DNA of 64,000 nucleotides from Candidatus Latescibacterota bacterium (GTDB taxonomy: Bacteria > Latescibacterota > UBA2968 > UBA8231): positions 2,400,001 through 2,464,000 of the forward strand of contig CBDETK010000013.1 in NCBI GenBank assembly GCA_965242865.1, read 5' to 3'. How positions within the stretch are numbered: position 1 is the stretch's first letter; each line of letters begins with the position of its first letter. Below the pieces are notes generated by a model, which saw only the letters and a list, made by a program, of their open reading frames with translations, did not search any database and was not told the DNA's origin. Both the position numbers and the translations under genes were made by a program. Positions 1 to 9,223 of this stretch are shown piece after piece.

Positions 1-428
1 CCAGCGTCGCAGGCGCGCTTCGCTTCGATGAAGTCATACCGGCCGCGCAGACTCTGGGTGACGAGCAGCACTTTGCCGGCTCGGTCCACGGCTTCCACGA
101 CTTGTTCGACCTCTTCCATCGTGTACACCATCGACTTGGTGACCATCACGTGTTTGCCCGCGTCGAGCGCGGTCAGGATCTGCTCGGCGTGGAGGGGGCC
201 GGGCGTGTAGATGCCGATGATGTCGAGGTCACTGCGCGCAACCAGTTCGTTGAAATCAGAGGTCAGGGCGGTGATCCCGAATTCGCGGCCAAGCGCTTCG
301 AGTTGGTCCTGCTGCGGGTCGCACAGGGCGGTGACGCGGATCGGCAAGGTGCTGTTTTCTGGCTGATTGGCGCCGAGCAATGTCCGGCCATGGCCAAGCC
401 CGGCGACGCCGATGCGGAGTCGGCTCAT
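1..428 (-). CDS. Gfo/Idh/MocA family oxidoreductase (3' end outside window)
   Basis: Manual translation from ATG at 428: MSRLRIGVAGLGHG...DIIGIYTPGPLHAEQILTALDAGKHVMVTKS, showing Rossmann GxGxxG and AGKHV motifs. Not in the ORF track because it runs off the edge. Confidence 0.85.
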   Translation of the reverse strand, partial: MSRLRIGVAGLGHGRTLLGANQPENSTLPIRVTALCDPQQDQLEALGREFGITALTSDFNELVARSDLDIIGIYTPGPLHAEQILTALDAGKHVMVTKSMVYTMEEVEQVVEAVDRAGKVLLVTQSLRGRYDFIEAKRACDA

Positions 429-466
429 TTCGTCTCTCCCGTTGATAGTGCTGTTGGTCGGCGGAA

Positions 467-1687
467 CTACGGGCGGATCGCGGCCTGCCAACTGGCGATG
501 AAGTCGGCCGTACCGTAGTTCGCAGGCATCTCATTGAAGTAGTGCTTCATTGGGGTGGCTTGAAAGCCCGGCACAAAGTGTTCTGTGTCCGCTTGGAGCA
601 GGGCTTCGAGCGGACTGAAGCGATCCCAAAGCAACCGCGCCTCATCCGGGGTGAAGCGGTCGGCGAATTGCGGCCCCCAGTTGAGCGTGATGGGGTGCTT
701 CCCGAGGACGCGATTTCGGAGGTCTTCGGCAATTCCATCAAGCGGGGGAGCCTTTTGCAGGCGGATCGCAAGCGCGGCCTTGCAGAGAAAGACCGTTGAC
801 AGAATTCTGCCTTTCTCGGCCCGCTCTGGGTGGAGGCCGTTTAGGGCACTCAAATACGCGGCACCATCGCCAGCGAGAACGGCTCGCAGAGCCGATTCCG
901 TATGCTGCTTCATCTTCTCACTGCGGTCGTTCCAGCGCGTGAACGCCGCCTGTGCGTCCGCGGAGAGGTGGTCGGTAAACGAGAACTCGTCTATTGAAGT
1001 ATAGGTCGAGAAGCCGCCGTGAACGGTTCGCCGCATTTTGGGGCTGTAGTTGCTGCCCCAGTGGAGAATCGGGAGGATATAGACGACGCCGTCCCCGGCT
1101 TTGAGGTGCGTCTGGACGCCTTGGGACAACGGGCCGCACGGATCGGCCAACATCGCTTCGTTCTCTGCCGGCGTATTCAGCCGCAGATGGCTGCCCGGTA
1201 TCACCCACAGGACGCTATCTTCGTAGAGCGGGATATTCCATTGGACGTAACGCGGACCGCCTTCGAGGATGTCGTCGATATAGCCTTGGAGCGGTGCCGT
1301 GTCGATCGGGTGGAGATCGCGGTGCCATTTTGCCGGGCCGTGATCCCGGACGGGATTGCACATCATCATCATTTCGGTGACGGCTCCGTCCGCTATATCG
1401 AGGAGCTCGGTGCTGACGCCATGGATGTTCTCCTCGAGCCAGACCTCAACCGCTGGCGCGGTCTCTGGGTCAATCTGATGGACGAGGGGTGCTCTTGAAA
1501 GCTGTAGGCGCGGCTGCGGCGCGGTCTCCCACACGCCCCCTTCCGCACGCTCGGCCTTCCAATTCTCGCGCTGGCGGTTGACGAGCGTCTCGTACGCCTG
1601 CCGGACGTGTGCGAGTTTGTCGCGTGGCACGGCTTCCTTGACGATGAGGTAGCCCGTTTCCAAAAATTCGTCGCGGTTGAGCTTCAT
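467..1687 (-). CDS. Phytanoyl-CoA dioxygenase (PhyH)-family Fe(II)/2OG dioxygenase
   Basis: FLETGYLIVK, WHRD, WNIPL, LWVIPGSH, KAGDG...ILHWGS motifs. Confidence 0.8.
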   Translation of the reverse strand: MKLNRDEFLETGYLIVKEAVPRDKLAHVRQAYETLVNRQRENWKAERAEGGVWETAPQPRLQLSRAPLVHQIDPETAPAVEVWLEENIHGVSTELLDIADGAVTEMMMMCNPVRDHGPAKWHRDLHPIDTAPLQGYIDDILEGGPRYVQWNIPLYEDSVLWVIPGSHLRLNTPAENEAMLADPCGPLSQGVQTHLKAGDGVVYILPILHWGSNYSPKMRRTVHGGFSTYTSIDEFSFTDHLSADAQAAFTRWNDRSEKMKQHTESALRAVLAGDGAAYLSALNGLHPERAEKGRILSTVFLCKAALAIRLQKAPPLDGIAEDLRNRVLGKHPITLNWGPQFADRFTPDEARLLWDRFSPLEALLQADTEHFVPGFQATPMKHYFNEMPANYGTADFIASWQAAIRP

Positions 1688-1784
1688 GGTGAACTCCGAG
1701 CAGGATAGAGGAGCGTTTCTTGACTTTCGAGATGTTTTCGTTGTACTTTCGATTTCCCTAATAGACTAATAATAGAGCAATCTA

Positions 1785-2920
1785 TAGCAATCCGAAATGC
1801 CTTGAAAGGTTAAGGTTTTCTTTTTATGTTGTCATTTCGTTTTCTATCGTCCCTTTTTCAGGAGTGTTTTCAGCTGGTTTCCGATCGTTCTTTATCCAAT
1901 TTTATCGCCAGCAACCCCGACGCCCGTGAACTCAAACGTGCGGTCGCGGTTCAGATGACTCTGTTGGGGGTCAAACAAGGTATGATTCAAGCGGTGCTCG
2001 GCGTTCCGTCGGGGTTCATCCGTACGTGGAAGAAGCGGTATCTATCTGAGGGGGTCGAATGCTTGCGCTTAGGCTATAAAGGCTCGCCGTCCTATTTGTC
2101 GGCTGCTCAGCGGGCGCAAATCACCCGCTGGTTAGCCACCCCATCACAGCCCTCGGTGGCGTCGTTGGCCTCCTATATCCAAACGCAGTTCGGCGTGGTG
2201 TATCGCTCCTCACAGCGTTACTACGCTCTGCTCTCGCAGGCGGGCTATCGTCGGAAGAAGCCCCACGCCCGTTCGTCCCAAGCCGACCCGCGCCAAGGGA
2301 TCGCACGGCGCGCTGAGATAAAAAAAAACTAGCCGCGTATATGCCAGATCTCCAAGCGGGGCGTTTGAGTGCCTTTTTTGTCGACGAGTCGCATCTACAC
2401 TGGGGGGATGCCTGTGGGTATGCTGGGGGCCGGTCCGACCAACGGCTTAGGGTGTGCATGGACAACGCCCGTCAACGCCAGACCTATTATGGGGCTTTGG
2501 ATGTCGTCAAGGGCACCTTCCTGATGCAAAGCGATCCTAAGGCCAACGCGCAGCATACGGTGGACTTTATACGCTCTATACAACAGCGTCGTCCCGGTCA
2601 ACGGTTGTTGATTTTTTGGGATGGAGCTTCCTATCATCGTCAACAGGCCATGCGCACCGTTCTCGAAACGATACAAGCGGACTGCACGCCGGATCAATGG
2701 AAGATATGCTGTATGCGATTGGCCCCTTATACACCGCAAGAAAATCCCGTCGAAGATATTTGGTTAAAAGGGAAAACTTTTGTGCGTACCCATGCCTTGT
2801 GGACTACAAGCTTTGAACAGGTCAAAGACCTCTTTGTCAAGGGAATTCGGCGAAAAAAATACTCCCAGTTCCCTAAGTTACAGCAATATATAACATCTCT
2901 TGAATAATTTAGAATTGCTA
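1785..2920 (+). mobile_element. IS630-family insertion sequence
   Basis: Terminal inverted repeats TAGCAATCCGAAAT (from 1785) and ATTTAGAATTGCTA (to 2920). Flanking TA duplication at 1783-1784 and 2921-2922 in a CTAG target. Encloses the transposase. Confidence 0.9.
1826..2907 (+). CDS. IS630 transposase, two ORFs (HTH 1826-2332, DDE 2341-2907) joined by a -1 frameshift
   Basis: A9 run at 2320-2328 (ATA AAA AAA AAC TAG) with orfB in the -1 frame. DDE motifs FFVDE, FWDGASYH, PQENPVEDIW. Start codon uncertain. Confidence 0.85.
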
Positions 2921-2922
2921 TA

Positions 2923-3546
2923 GCGAAGAAGTTGGTCTTTCTTTTTTTCGACTAGTACCTCGCCGATGACGCTGCTGTTGTATTGAAATCGTGCGCCGAT
3001 AAAACTAGCGGCGGCCAAGCCGTTGGCGAGGGCATCCGGCATTTTGGTCAGTTCGAGATTGCCGTCGCGTTCAATCAGCTCGCCGGAAAACGATAACGGC
3101 TCTTGTTGCGCGGCTTTCTGCACCGTCCCATCGTAGCGCAAGTAGTGCTGGCCAGATGAAGCCGAAGAAGATGATGGATCACTCGGCGGCACCGCGCTCT
3201 GTATTTTGGTGACAAGGGGCTCGCACGGAGCCGATATGGCCAAGGTTCGCTTTGTGGAATCACAGTAACGCGCCTCCAATGTTATGCGTTGGTTGAAGTC
3301 GAGTTTGTGAAAGAGAGCAGATAAATCGGCGAATTCGCGAACTCCATAATTGCGGAAGGTCTGTATTTGCAGGGGCAGTTGCATATTGGCAGAACCAGAC
3401 AAGAGGAATATCGCTTCCAAAATGGAAGTCTTGCCTACGTCGTTTGCGCCGAGCAAGATGTTGAACGTTCCCAAGCCATCGAGATCGAGGCTCGATAGCC
3501 CGCGAAAACCTCTAATTTTGAGCGCGTCCAAGTGTGTGTGTTTCAT
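2923..3546 (-). pseudogene. AAA_15/AAA_21-type (ABC-like) ATPase, truncated at the IS630 end
   Basis: IRGFRGL...NILLGANDVGKTSILEAI Walker A is present, but no Walker B or signature half. The ORF runs into the IS right end. Confidence 0.7.
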
Positions 3547-3591
3547 TGAGCATCCCTTGGGACTGGGCTATCAGTACGGGCTTAAAATGCC

Positions 3592-3620
3592 GTAGGGAAG
3601 GGTTGCAAGCCCTTCCCTAC
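3592..3620. terminator. Strong hairpin (terminator or GTAG-type REP-like palindrome)
   Basis: GTAGGGAAGGG-ttgcaag-CCCTTCCCTAC downstream of the 3645-4055 gene. Confidence 0.5.
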
Positions 3621-3644
3621 GCATAATTCACACTCGTTTGCACA

Positions 3645-4055
3645 CTACACTTCAAGCACAAAATCGGGATCTGACATGTTCTTTCTGAACTCGGCGAAAT
3701 CCTTTAGCGGATTCTCTTGAATGATACCGAGAGTGCCGTTGAGAGCTGTTTGCAGTTGCTGGTCATTACCCGTGTCCACCGCCCGATGCAGCAGGCTGTA
3801 GAACTGTTCCAGTGCGCCCTTGCGCTCTGCGAACCGATGCTCAAAGTAAGAAAGGACGACTTCCTTCTCGTTGTTGAGTTCGGTGACAATCGCGGCGCGC
3901 TTGGCCCAGATGTATTCCCTCTTTGTCTGCTCCTCTTGGCGCGTATTGAGGTATTCTACTGCCTCGGTAACAACAGCCAAGACGTTGACAGCACTGACGA
4001 CTTTGCCACCGCCTTTCGCCACAGTTGAGCCGACCTTCCTCAGAGCTTGTGACAT
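3645..4055 (-). CDS. Hypothetical helical/coiled-coil protein
   Basis: 136 aa ORF directly downstream of the 4071-4967 gene, visibly lower GC than the flanks. Confidence 0.7.
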   Translation of the reverse strand: MSQALRKVGSTVAKGGGKVVSAVNVLAVVTEAVEYLNTRQEEQTKREYIWAKRAAIVTELNNEKEVVLSYFEHRFAERKGALEQFYSLLHRAVDTGNDQQLQTALNGTLGIIQENPLKDFAEFRKNMSDPDFVLEV

Positions 4056-4070
4056 AAGTTGTACAATCCC

Positions 4071-4967
4071 TTAGTTAAGAGTGATGTTTCCGTTTTTATC
4101 GACGAAAGTGACATCAAGAAGTTCGCCTAGGGCCTTTGCCGTGCGAGCGACTTTATAAGCGTCCTCGAGGTTTGCCGGGGAGCTTTGGTCAAGCAAGTTC
4201 TGAAGTGCTCGGTCTGCTTGGTCGGTAGCCTCGTGCAACTCATCTACCCGGCGCAGTACAATTTTGACCACTGCCAGTTGCTGCTCCATCTTCGCCTCAG
4301 CTACGTCCATCTCAGCGATTTTCTTCTCTACCTCCGTCTCGACTTTTTCAGCCTTGGAACTGGCGAAAAATCCTGCCACCAACAAGGCCGGTCCGACGAC
4401 GAGTCCGCCGAGTACCATAGTACCGGCTGCCACGCCGCCACCGCCGGCAGCAACTGAGCCACCGCCCAACCAAGCGAGTGTTGCGCTTTTGGCCGCCGCA
4501 CCGCTAAGGACCCCTATTGCTGTGCCTGTCGAAGCCGTGCCAAGCGCACCAACTAAGCTGTAAACACCTGCTGCTGTCGCCACGCCCGCAGCCCCACTGC
4601 TAGCAAGGCCGCCGAGCACTTCAGCCGCCTGTACAGACGCACTCTCCCACTCAGCCAATTGCTGAGGCGTAATTTTAAGTCGCTGCTCCAAGTCGCGGTC
4701 GCGAATCTTCGCCTTCTTTAGAAAATCTACGGCCCGTCCCAGCGTAATGAGTGCTTTGAGCCGCCGCTTTCCGAGGGAGTCGAACTTCGCATCTGCTGTC
4801 TGCCCCCAACGCTTATAGCGCCGCTCAGCATTTCTGTACTGTCTGAGACGACGGTCGTAGTGTTCTTTAGCGTTTCTGATTTTGTCTTTGGCATTTAGTA
4901 CCATAGCACCGCCGCCTAAAGCACTCGCAACGGCAGCACCTACGGCAATAATGATTGGAAGTGGCAT
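4071..4967 (-). CDS. Conserved hypothetical protein with coiled coils and a central Gly/Ala hydrophobic hairpin
   Basis: AGGAG RBS before ATG 4967 (MPLPIII). Motif TGTAIGVLSGAAAKSATLAWLGGGSVAAGGGG. Confidence 0.75.
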   Translation of the reverse strand: MPLPIIIAVGAAVASALGGGAMVLNAKDKIRNAKEHYDRRLRQYRNAERRYKRWGQTADAKFDSLGKRRLKALITLGRAVDFLKKAKIRDRDLEQRLKITPQQLAEWESASVQAAEVLGGLASSGAAGVATAAGVYSLVGALGTASTGTAIGVLSGAAAKSATLAWLGGGSVAAGGGGVAAGTMVLGGLVVGPALLVAGFFASSKAEKVETEVEKKIAEMDVAEAKMEQQLAVVKIVLRRVDELHEATDQADRALQNLLDQSSPANLEDAYKVARTAKALGELLDVTFVDKNGNITLN

Positions 4968-5184
4968 GACGAATACTCCTTTAGTGAAAGGGGATGATCT
5001 GTAGTTGCTCTTTGCAAATAAGTCGTAGATATAGTACGCGGTCTTTCTTTGCAAAGTCAAGACTCAAAAAATCGGCCCTCCAACCGCCCATTTTCCCGCG
5101 CACGGCTGGCATCTGCGGCCCGAGTCCCTATCTTAAAGCCGCCTTTGCGGGCACATCGCCCGCGTTGCCAAATAGGACGCATCT

Positions 5185-6522
5185 ATGGACAGCGAACAAC
5201 GCAGCATCCGCGAGGCCCCCACCCATTTCGGCGGCCTCCTACGTAACATCGGCCCCGGCGTCATCGTTTCGGGATCAGTCGTCGGCTCAGGCGAGTTGTT
5301 GGTGACGACGCGGATGGGGGCCGAGGTCGGCTTTGTCTTTTTGTGGGGCGTGATCTTGGCCTGTTTGGTCAAGTTTGCGATACAACTCGAATTGGGTCGG
5401 CAGTGTCTGTTGCGCAAAAGCAGCACCGTGCAAATCCTCGACCAAGTGCCGGGCGTACGCTGGCGCGGCACCTCGTGGATCGCGTGGCTCTGCGTGGCAG
5501 GCTACTTCTCGGTGACAGTGGCCGTCATCGGCATCTTGGGGTCGGTGGCTGGGCTGATGGGCGCGGTGTTTCCCTTTGCGCCCGAATCAGTGTGGGCGGT
5601 AGGGCTGTTCCTCGCCATGTCGGTCTTGCTCTGGCGGGGGCTATACGGCGACTTGGAGAAAATGGTCTCCGCGCTGGTGGCGACCTTCAGTTTGGTCGTC
5701 GTCGGCTCGGTGCTCGCCCTGCAAGGCACGGGCTACGCCATCAGCAGCGCGCAAATCGCCTCGGGCTTTCGCTTGGCCATGCCGGCCGAAGGCGCGTTTG
5801 TGGCCCTCGCGGTAATGGGGTCGGTCGGCGCGACCGCGGTCGAGCTGTTCATGTATCCCTATTGGATCGTGGAAAAAGGCTACCCGGATTTCGTCGGGCC
5901 AAAAGACCATAGCCCGGCATGGCAGGCGCGATACCGGGGTTGGATGCGGGTTTTGATCACCGATGCCGGCGTGTGTACGGGCATTGCGCTGGTGGTCACG
6001 TGCGCGTATTACCTGCTGGGCGCGTCCGTGCTCAATCAGCTACAAGTCTTGCCCGAAGGCATGAAAGTCGTTGAGCAAGTCTCGCTCATTTTCACCGAGA
6101 GCATTGGCGGCTGGGCGTACTATCTCTTCATGTTCGGGGGGTTTTGCACGCTCTTTTCCACGCTGCTGGTCTTTGCCGCTTCTTCGGGGCGGATCGGCGC
6201 GGACTTTCTGCGGCAACTCAAGGTGCGCGCGCTGGCCGGAGAAGCGGGTTATCGCCGCTGGGTCCGCATTTTCCAAATCGGCTTCCCGTTTGGCTGGCTG
6301 CTCTTCATATTGTTCGACCCGCACACCCTCGACTTTGTGCTCAAAGGGGCCAACGCCAACAATCTGTTGCTCATCCCCATGGCCTACGCCGTGCTGCACT
6401 TAGCCATGCGCACCCCGGCCGACGAGCGCATGTCGCTCAAGACCGAGCTGGCCTTGCTCTTCACCTTATGGGCCATCATCAACTTCACGGCGATCAATCT
6501 GTTTAAGTTGGCTGGGCACTAG
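5185..6522 (+). CDS. Nramp/MntH-like (APC superfamily) transporter
   Basis: IGPGVIVSGSVVGSGEL motif and about 11 hydrophobic segments. Confidence 0.75.
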   Translation: MDSEQRSIREAPTHFGGLLRNIGPGVIVSGSVVGSGELLVTTRMGAEVGFVFLWGVILACLVKFAIQLELGRQCLLRKSSTVQILDQVPGVRWRGTSWIAWLCVAGYFSVTVAVIGILGSVAGLMGAVFPFAPESVWAVGLFLAMSVLLWRGLYGDLEKMVSALVATFSLVVVGSVLALQGTGYAISSAQIASGFRLAMPAEGAFVALAVMGSVGATAVELFMYPYWIVEKGYPDFVGPKDHSPAWQARYRGWMRVLITDAGVCTGIALVVTCAYYLLGASVLNQLQVLPEGMKVVEQVSLIFTESIGGWAYYLFMFGGFCTLFSTLLVFAASSGRIGADFLRQLKVRALAGEAGYRRWVRIFQIGFPFGWLLFILFDPHTLDFVLKGANANNLLLIPMAYAVLHLAMRTPADERMSLKTELALLFTLWAIINFTAINLFKLAGH

Positions 6523-6661
6523 CCGCTGGCGGCCCTTTTTTCGCTGGGCTTACTACTCGGCCCGGCCGCCGCCGCGAAAACCCCTCATTCCGCTTCGGCA
6601 GAATCCGCACCCGCTTGGGCCGCTGGGCAATCCACTCTCGCCGCCATTTCCGCCGCGCCAT
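6503..6661 (-). CDS. Putative small Arg/Lys-rich protein (52 aa)
   Basis: GGAAAGGAG...GAGG RBS before ATG 6661. Reads MARRKWRREWIAQRPKRVRILPKRN. Fills the gap after hisA. Confidence 0.35.
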   Translation of the reverse strand: MARRKWRREWIAQRPKRVRILPKRNEGFSRRRPGRVVSPAKKGPPAASAQPT

Positions 6662-6690
6662 GTCCTCGCGCTCCTTTCCGGTAGTACGCC

Positions 6691-7440
6691 TTACTGTATT
6701 TTCAACATATCCTCGTAGCGCAGCCCAGTGCCCCCGAAAATGTCCAGGGCCGCGCCCACCGTAAAATCCAATTTCCCTTGGCCGAGCCGGGCGAGAATCT
6801 CGAGGTCCGCAGGGCTGCACACGCCGCCGGCATAGGTCGTCGGGATGGGCGCGATCTCGCCCAAGAGCGCGACGAGTTCGGCATCGACGCCCTGCTGCTT
6901 GCCTTCGACCCCGGTGGCGTGAATGAGGAATTCGCTGCAAGACTCGGCGAGGTGTGCCAAGGCGTCCGCGCTGAGTGCCAAGTCCGTGGCCTTTTGCCAG
7001 CGGTCGGTCATCACCACGTAGCACCCAGCGCGTTTGCTGCAACTAAGGTCTAAGACCAGCCGCTCGCGCCCCACCGCCGCGACCAGTTGCGCCAGTCGGC
7101 CGCGGTGAAGTTGCCCATTGCGAAAGATATGGGAAGTGACGATCACCTGCGCGGCACCGCGGCTGAGCCAAGCCGCCGCATTGTCCGGGCGAATGCCGCC
7201 GCCGACCTGCAAGCCCCCCGGGAAGGCGGCCAGTGCCTGCGCGGCCGCGGCCTCGTTGCCCGGGCCGAGCATGATGACGTGGCCGCCGGCGAGCTGGTCG
7301 CGGCCATAGCGCGCCGCAAAGTAAGCAGGAGGCTGGGGGGCGATGAAGTGGGTTTGGGGGGCCATGCCGTCGCGCAAGCTGGTGCCGACGATCTGCTTGA
7401 CGCGCCCCTCGTGCAGGTCAATGCAGGGCCGGAAGCGCAT
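6691..7440 (-). CDS. hisA: ProFAR isomerase, eukaryotic-type (His6-like) HisA
   Basis: MRFRPCIDLHEGRVKQIVG, GGHVIMLG, LQVGGGI, LVLDLSC, EFLIHA...VEGK, TYAGG. Confidence 0.9.
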   Translation of the reverse strand: MRFRPCIDLHEGRVKQIVGTSLRDGMAPQTHFIAPQPPAYFAARYGRDQLAGGHVIMLGPGNEAAAAQALAAFPGGLQVGGGIRPDNAAAWLSRGAAQVIVTSHIFRNGQLHRGRLAQLVAAVGRERLVLDLSCSKRAGCYVVMTDRWQKATDLALSADALAHLAESCSEFLIHATGVEGKQQGVDAELVALLGEIAPIPTTYAGGVCSPADLEILARLGQGKLDFTVGAALDIFGGTGLRYEDMLKIQ

Positions 7441-8537
7441 CAGCGGTCGCAGCGGTACTCGGCGATTGCGTCCTCGTCGAGACTGACGCCGAGGCCTGGG
7501 CCAGCGGGCGGGAGGATGTACCCGTCGGCGATGGGCAGGTTTTCGCGGATGACGTCTCCGCGGTGATAGACGCAGCCGTTCACGTCGCTGGCGTAGCCCA
7601 AGTTGGGCATGGCAAAGGCGAGGTGGGCTTGGGCGGCCGTGCCGATCCCCAGCTCGGGCATACTGCCGATGATGCAGGGTACACGCGCCGCTTCGGCAAT
7701 GGCGAAGATGCGCGCGGCCGCACCCAAGCCGCCGGCCTCGGACACGTACACGTTAAAAACGTCAACGGCTTGGTGGCGGATGCAGTTGAGGGCGTCGGCC
7801 GGCGTCCAGACGCTCTCGTCGGCCATGATGGGCAGGGAGACGCGCTCGCGCACAAAGCGCAATCCCTCTAAGTCGTCGGCTGCCAAGGGCTGCTCGACCA
7901 ACTCCAAGCCGAAATCCGCGATGGCCTCGATGTGGCGCACGGCTTCCTTGGCCGAGGACCAGCCCATGTTGGCATCCACGCGCAGGACGACCTCGTCGCC
8001 GACGGCGCGGCGCACGGCTGCGAGCGCGGCTAGGTCGGCGCGAAGGTCTCGCCCGATCTTGACCTTGAGGGTTTTGTACCCTTCGGCCACTAGGCTCTGC
8101 GCTTGGGCGGCGATGGCCTCGGGGTCGCCCATGGACAGGGAATGACTCAGCAACACCCGGTCGCGGACTAGGCCGCCCAGCAGTTGATAGACGGGTACGC
8201 CGCAGGCTTTGCCGACCAAGTCGTAGAGGGCCATTTCAATGCCGGCCTTGGCTGGGAAGGAGCGGTGCAACGCTCGATTCATGCGGTCGGCGAGCTGGCG
8301 AATGCAGCGCGGGTCCAAGCCGCAAAGCACCTCGGCGAGCAGCCCGTTGATGGCCTCGCTTTCCCCGCGTCCGCGGCGGTCCCAGATGCTGGAGGCTTCG
8401 CCGAGGCCGGTGAGGCCGGCGTCGGTGTGGACCAAGACGATGGCGTTTTCAGAGGCTTGGTGCGTGCCGAGGCTGCTTTGGAACGGCTGCGGCCTTGGCA
8501 CGCGCACGGGTATGGCTTCGACGTGGGTAATTTTCAT
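7440..8537 (-). CDS. Muconate cycloisomerase / dipeptide epimerase-like enolase superfamily enzyme
   Basis: Start MKITHVEAIPV at 8537. KVKIG, RVDAN, VEQP, MADES, GPGLG motifs. Confidence 0.85.
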   Translation of the reverse strand: MKITHVEAIPVRVPRPQPFQSSLGTHQASENAIVLVHTDAGLTGLGEASSIWDRRGRGESEAINGLLAEVLCGLDPRCIRQLADRMNRALHRSFPAKAGIEMALYDLVGKACGVPVYQLLGGLVRDRVLLSHSLSMGDPEAIAAQAQSLVAEGYKTLKVKIGRDLRADLAALAAVRRAVGDEVVLRVDANMGWSSAKEAVRHIEAIADFGLELVEQPLAADDLEGLRFVRERVSLPIMADESVWTPADALNCIRHQAVDVFNVYVSEAGGLGAAARIFAIAEAARVPCIIGSMPELGIGTAAQAHLAFAMPNLGYASDVNGCVYHRGDVIRENLPIADGYILPPAGPGLGVSLDEDAIAEYRCDR

Positions 8538-8541
8538 GGGA

Positions 8542-9105
8542 TCAGGCGAGGCGATAGATGCTGAGGGTGGTGTTGCCGTAAGCCCGTTGCTCGACGAGCG
8601 CGAGGCCACCCGTCCGCTCGGGCACGGCCGAGTCGATGGGGTGCTGCACGAACAGCAGGCCCTCGTCGTTGAAGAGCGGGGATTCCCCAAGGGCTTCGAT
8701 TAGGCCCAGCAGCAGCGGGGTGCCGCAGTAGCGGGCGTGGTACGGGGGGTCGGCGTACACGATGTCGAAGCGGCGTCCGGCCGCTGCCAGTTGGGGAATG
8801 AGGTGTTGGGCCTTGAGCGAGTACAGGCCGGCGACGCCCGCTCTCCATTGGTAAAGCAGGGCGCGAATCTGCCGCCGCCGCCGGTGGTCGGGCTCGTTGA
8901 TCTCGACGCTCGCGCCCCGGCTGAGCGCTTCGAGCCCCATCTGGCCCGAGCCAGCACACAAGTCGAGGAAGGTGCGGCCCTTTAAGTCCGGGCCGAGCAT
9001 GGAAAATACGGCTTCTTTGAGGCGCGTTGAGGTGAGGCGGATCTGGCGCAGGCGGTGCCCGGAGGGAATCTGCCGACCGCGATAGGTTCCAGTGACAATG
9101 CGCAC
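8542..9105 (-). CDS. rsmD: 16S rRNA m2G966 methyltransferase RsmD family
   Basis: MRIVTGTYRGR, LDLCAGSGQMGLEALSRGA, DPPY, YGNT. Confidence 0.85.
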   Translation of the reverse strand: MRIVTGTYRGRQIPSGHRLRQIRLTSTRLKEAVFSMLGPDLKGRTFLDLCAGSGQMGLEALSRGASVEINEPDHRRRRQIRALLYQWRAGVAGLYSLKAQHLIPQLAAAGRRFDIVYADPPYHARYCGTPLLLGLIEALGESPLFNDEGLLFVQHPIDSAVPERTGGLALVEQRAYGNTTLSIYRLA

Positions 9106-9223
9106 GGCTAAGCCTTGGGTTGGAGTTGAGCGGGGGAAAAAGTATCGCGGTTGGGCATGGCAGCGTCAAGTTGTGGGTTGCGGGCGACGGGATAAGTTTG
9201 AAATTTGCAAAGAGGAGTTCGCA

